NCBI GenBank assembly: GCA_002269645.1
Contig: NIVC01000024.1
Span: 744,001-808,000 of the forward strand
DNA length: 64,000 nt
Direction: 5' to 3'
Source of the DNA: Macrostomum lignano
Taxonomy: Eukaryota
This document shows, in pieces, positions 60,551 to 64,000 of this stretch; within the stretch, counting starts at the first letter, position 1, and each line of letters starts with the position of its first letter. Under the pieces are notes generated by a model that saw only the letters and a list, made by a program, of their open reading frames with translations, was not told the origin of the DNA and searched no databases. A program made the position numbers and the translations under genes.

Positions 60551-61869
60551 CATTTTAAAATATTAGGGTGTCATTTCAAATCTGAGTGTGCCGTTTGAAA
60601 TGTCAGTTTTTTGTCGTGTTTAAACTAGAAGCCACAAAGTAAGCCCCATATACTATTAAAATTGTTCAATATAAGGTTCGGAGAGTACATGTATATACTG
60701 AGCGCAACTGATGTCGCTTACCATTATATAATGGCCTGACTTGTGACTCTGAAGCCTTCCGGAAAAAAGGATGTACAGCAAAAAGTATTAATAGATCTTT
60801 TTATAAACCAGCTGAAATTATACTATACTACTGGGTTCGCACTGTCGGCATTTTGCCTTTGATCTTTTGATCGTTCAAAGGGTTAGTTAGAATTGGTGAT
60901 TTTTAATAATAGCCTCTGCAGTATCAGCCTGCCGCCGCCGATCCTGCTCAAAATGATAACGACTTCCACCCCTTTATCTGAGCAGCCGCTGTGGAGGGGT
61001 TGGGTTTAGTTGAAAGATTTACAACTCCATATATTATAAAATGATGAATGCTGGGCTAGTCAGGTCATTTATCTTTCAACCCTCGCTGCGACTGAGACAG
61101 CCAATGAGGCTTGCTGGCGGCATTGATTAAATAACAAAAAACTTCAAACTTCCCGAGAACTAAGGAAGGTCCTCAGCGAGCTTGAGACAATTGATTTCAT
61201 GGGGCTTTTCGGGCGTTTATTTCTTTCTCTCTGCTTTCCGAGATTTTGTCTAATCGTGTCCTAACTATGCTACTGACGCAGTAGCAATGCAGAAATTTGA
61301 CTTTAATAATGTTTTAAGTGCAGAATTAGTTTCGATATGCATAGTTTCGAAATCAGAGGTCGACAAAATTTTTAAGGAGAAAGAAGAGGCGAAGGAATAA
61401 TTTGAACAAAGTACAAGAGAGGAGGCGAGAGGATAGGAGAAATGAAATTGGAGATGAGAGAGGAGAGAAGAGAATAGAGAGGATATTAGACAGAAGAGAC
61501 CTGAGAAGAGACCTTGAGCGGACCGGATTGCTATTGTGAAGTTTCAAAGGACCCGAGGGCCATATAGAGAGGCTTCGCGGGCCGCATGTTGGCCCTCGAA
61601 GTTTGCCAACCTCTGTCTGAATGCTGGTTTTAGAGATACAGTGAGTTTCTGTTCTATATAGAAAATATTTTTGAGTTCACTGGCATCCCAAGGCGGCCAG
61701 TCAAAGATGGAAAAGATGGCGTGGTGCCAGGGTGCCCACAACCCAACTAAAAATATTAATTAATTTATTATAAATATATATGACCCGGAAATGCGGCTCT
61801 AATGAAGTAAAACAGCCGTTTGCGCACAAAAAAGACTGGAAGAAATTTGTACAACACAATTATCATAAC

Positions 61870-63690
61870 ACAAAACAATTACAACACAGCACAGAAATGC
61901 CACAACACAACACAGAAATACAACAACACAACACATAAATACAACAACACAACACAGAAAAACAACACAGAAATACAACAACACAACACATAAATACAAC
62001 AACACAACACAGAAATACAACAACACAACACATAAATACAACAACACAACACAGAAATACAACACAACACATAAATACAACAACACAACACAGAAAAACA
62101 ACACAGAAATACAACAACACAACACATAAATACAACAACACAACACAGAAAAACAACACAGAGATACAACAACACAACACATAAATACAACAACACAACA
62201 CAGAAAAACAACACAAAAAACAACAACACAACACATAAATACAACAACACAACACAGAAAAACAACACAGAAATACAACAACACAACACATAAATACAAC
62301 AACACAACACAGAAAAACAACACAGAAATACAACAACACAACACATAAATACAACAACACAACACAGAAATACAACAACACAACACATAAATACAACAAC
62401 ACAACACAGAAATACAACACAACACATAAATACAACAACACAACACAGAAAAACAACACAGAAATACAACAACACAACACATAAATACAACAACACAACA
62501 CAGAAAAACAACACAGAGATACAACAACACAACACATAAATACAACAACACAACACAGAAAAACAACACAGAAAAACAACAACACAACACATAAATACAA
62601 CAACACAACACAGAAAAACAACACAGAAATACAACAACACAACACATAAATACAACAACACAACACAGAAAAACAACACAGAAAAACAACAACACAACAC
62701 ATAAATACAACAACACAACACAGAAAAACAACACAGAAATACAACAACACAACACATAAATACAACAACACAACACAGAAAAACAACACAGAGATACAAC
62801 AACACAACATATAAATACAACAACACAACACAGAAAAACAACACAGAGATACAACAACACAACACATAAATACAACAACACAACACAGAAAAACAACACA
62901 GAGATACAACAACACAACACATAAATACAACAACACAACACAGAAAAACAACACAGAGATACAACAACACAACACATAAATACAACAACACAACACAGAA
63001 AAACAACACAGAGATACAACAACACAACACAGAAATACAACAACACAACACAGAAATACAACAACACAACACAGAAATACAACAACACAACACAGAAATA
63101 CAACAACACAACACATAAATACAACAAAACAACACAGAAAAACAACACAGAGATACAACAACACAACACATAAATACAACAACACAACACAGAAAAACAA
63201 CACAGAGATACAACAACACAACACATAAATACAACAACACAACACAGAAAAACAACACAGAGATACAACAACACAACACATAAATACAACAACACAACAC
63301 ATAAAAACAACACAGAGACACAACAACACAACACATAAATACAACAACACAACACAGAAATACAACAACACAACACAGAAATACAACAACACAACACATA
63401 AATACAACAACACAACACAGAAAAACAACACAGAGATACAACAACACAACACATAAATACAACAACACAACACAGAAAAACAACACAGAGATACAACAAC
63501 ACAACACATAAATACAACAACACAACACAGAAAAACAACACAGAGATACAACAACACAACACATAAATACAACAACACAACACAGAAAAACAACAGAGAT
63601 ACAACAACACAACACATAAATACAACAACACAACACAGAAAAACAACAGAGATACAACAACACAACACCTAAAAACAACACAAAAACAAC
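61870..63690. repeat. Compound ACA-rich satellite (~1.8 kb)
   Basis: Units such as acaacaacacaacacataaat and acaacacagaaaa; explains the 600-aa C/V/L-rich ORFs. Confidence 0.95.
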
Positions 63691-64000
63691 TGAAATAGCC
63701 TTCCGTTCAGTTCCAGACTACTATTTAGCACTTCACGATCTGAACAGTTTCAGTTCATAAGACAATTTTTATGTGACCCCTCACCGGCGCAGAGGGGGCG
63801 GCAACTCTCTCAAAACAGAACAACATTAAAAAGTTTGACCGCGGCGGCTCTGCGTGGTCGGTCGGGCTGGGGCTGGGACTCGGCGGCTTCTCTCTCTGAT
63901 CTTTTTTCTAAGAGCCATGCATAACAGCAGCCACTGACTCAGCCGGGCCCGCAGTGGTCAGCCACCCCCCTCCCCGCCGGCACCAAACCAGCCACGGGGG

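Noticed and set aside
61799-63681. 600-aa Cys/Val/Leu-rich ORFs in three frames
   Set aside because: Artefact of the ACA-rich satellite read on the minus strand.

Overview
Eukaryotic (metazoan) genomic DNA with spliceosomal GT-AG introns and a heavy minisatellite load. The gene content and composition would fit a free-living flatworm such as Macrostomum, but that is inference only. 0-18.5 kb: a cluster of five paralogous secreted C-type lectin + PAN/apple-like genes (three apparently intact, two disrupted), arranged divergently around a 3-exon type II membrane FkbM-family methyltransferase, with decayed DIRS/Ngaro, LINE, pogo-like and SINE insertions. 20-27.4 kb: an AT-rich, strongly CpG-depleted block. 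27.5-30.4 kb: a 3-exon ARNT/tango gene. 34.6-43.1 kb (minus): a 3-exon Hox3-type homeobox gene whose introns are filled with minisatellites. Main highlight, 51199-59954: an 8756-bp element with ~1.3-kb terminal inverted repeats, ACTACT...AGTAGT ends and a perfect 6-bp target-site duplication (AACATA). It encodes only (i) an apparently intact ~1280-aa protein-primed family B DNA polymerase split by at least four spliceosomal introns, three at catalytic motifs A, B and C, and (ii) a divergently transcribed tandem PC4-like ssDNA-binding protein with an NLS. No integrase, ATPase, separate maturation protease or capsid gene is visible, so it looks like a minimal, intron-containing Polinton/Maverick-derived replicon. 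All calls were made by eye; no database searches were run.
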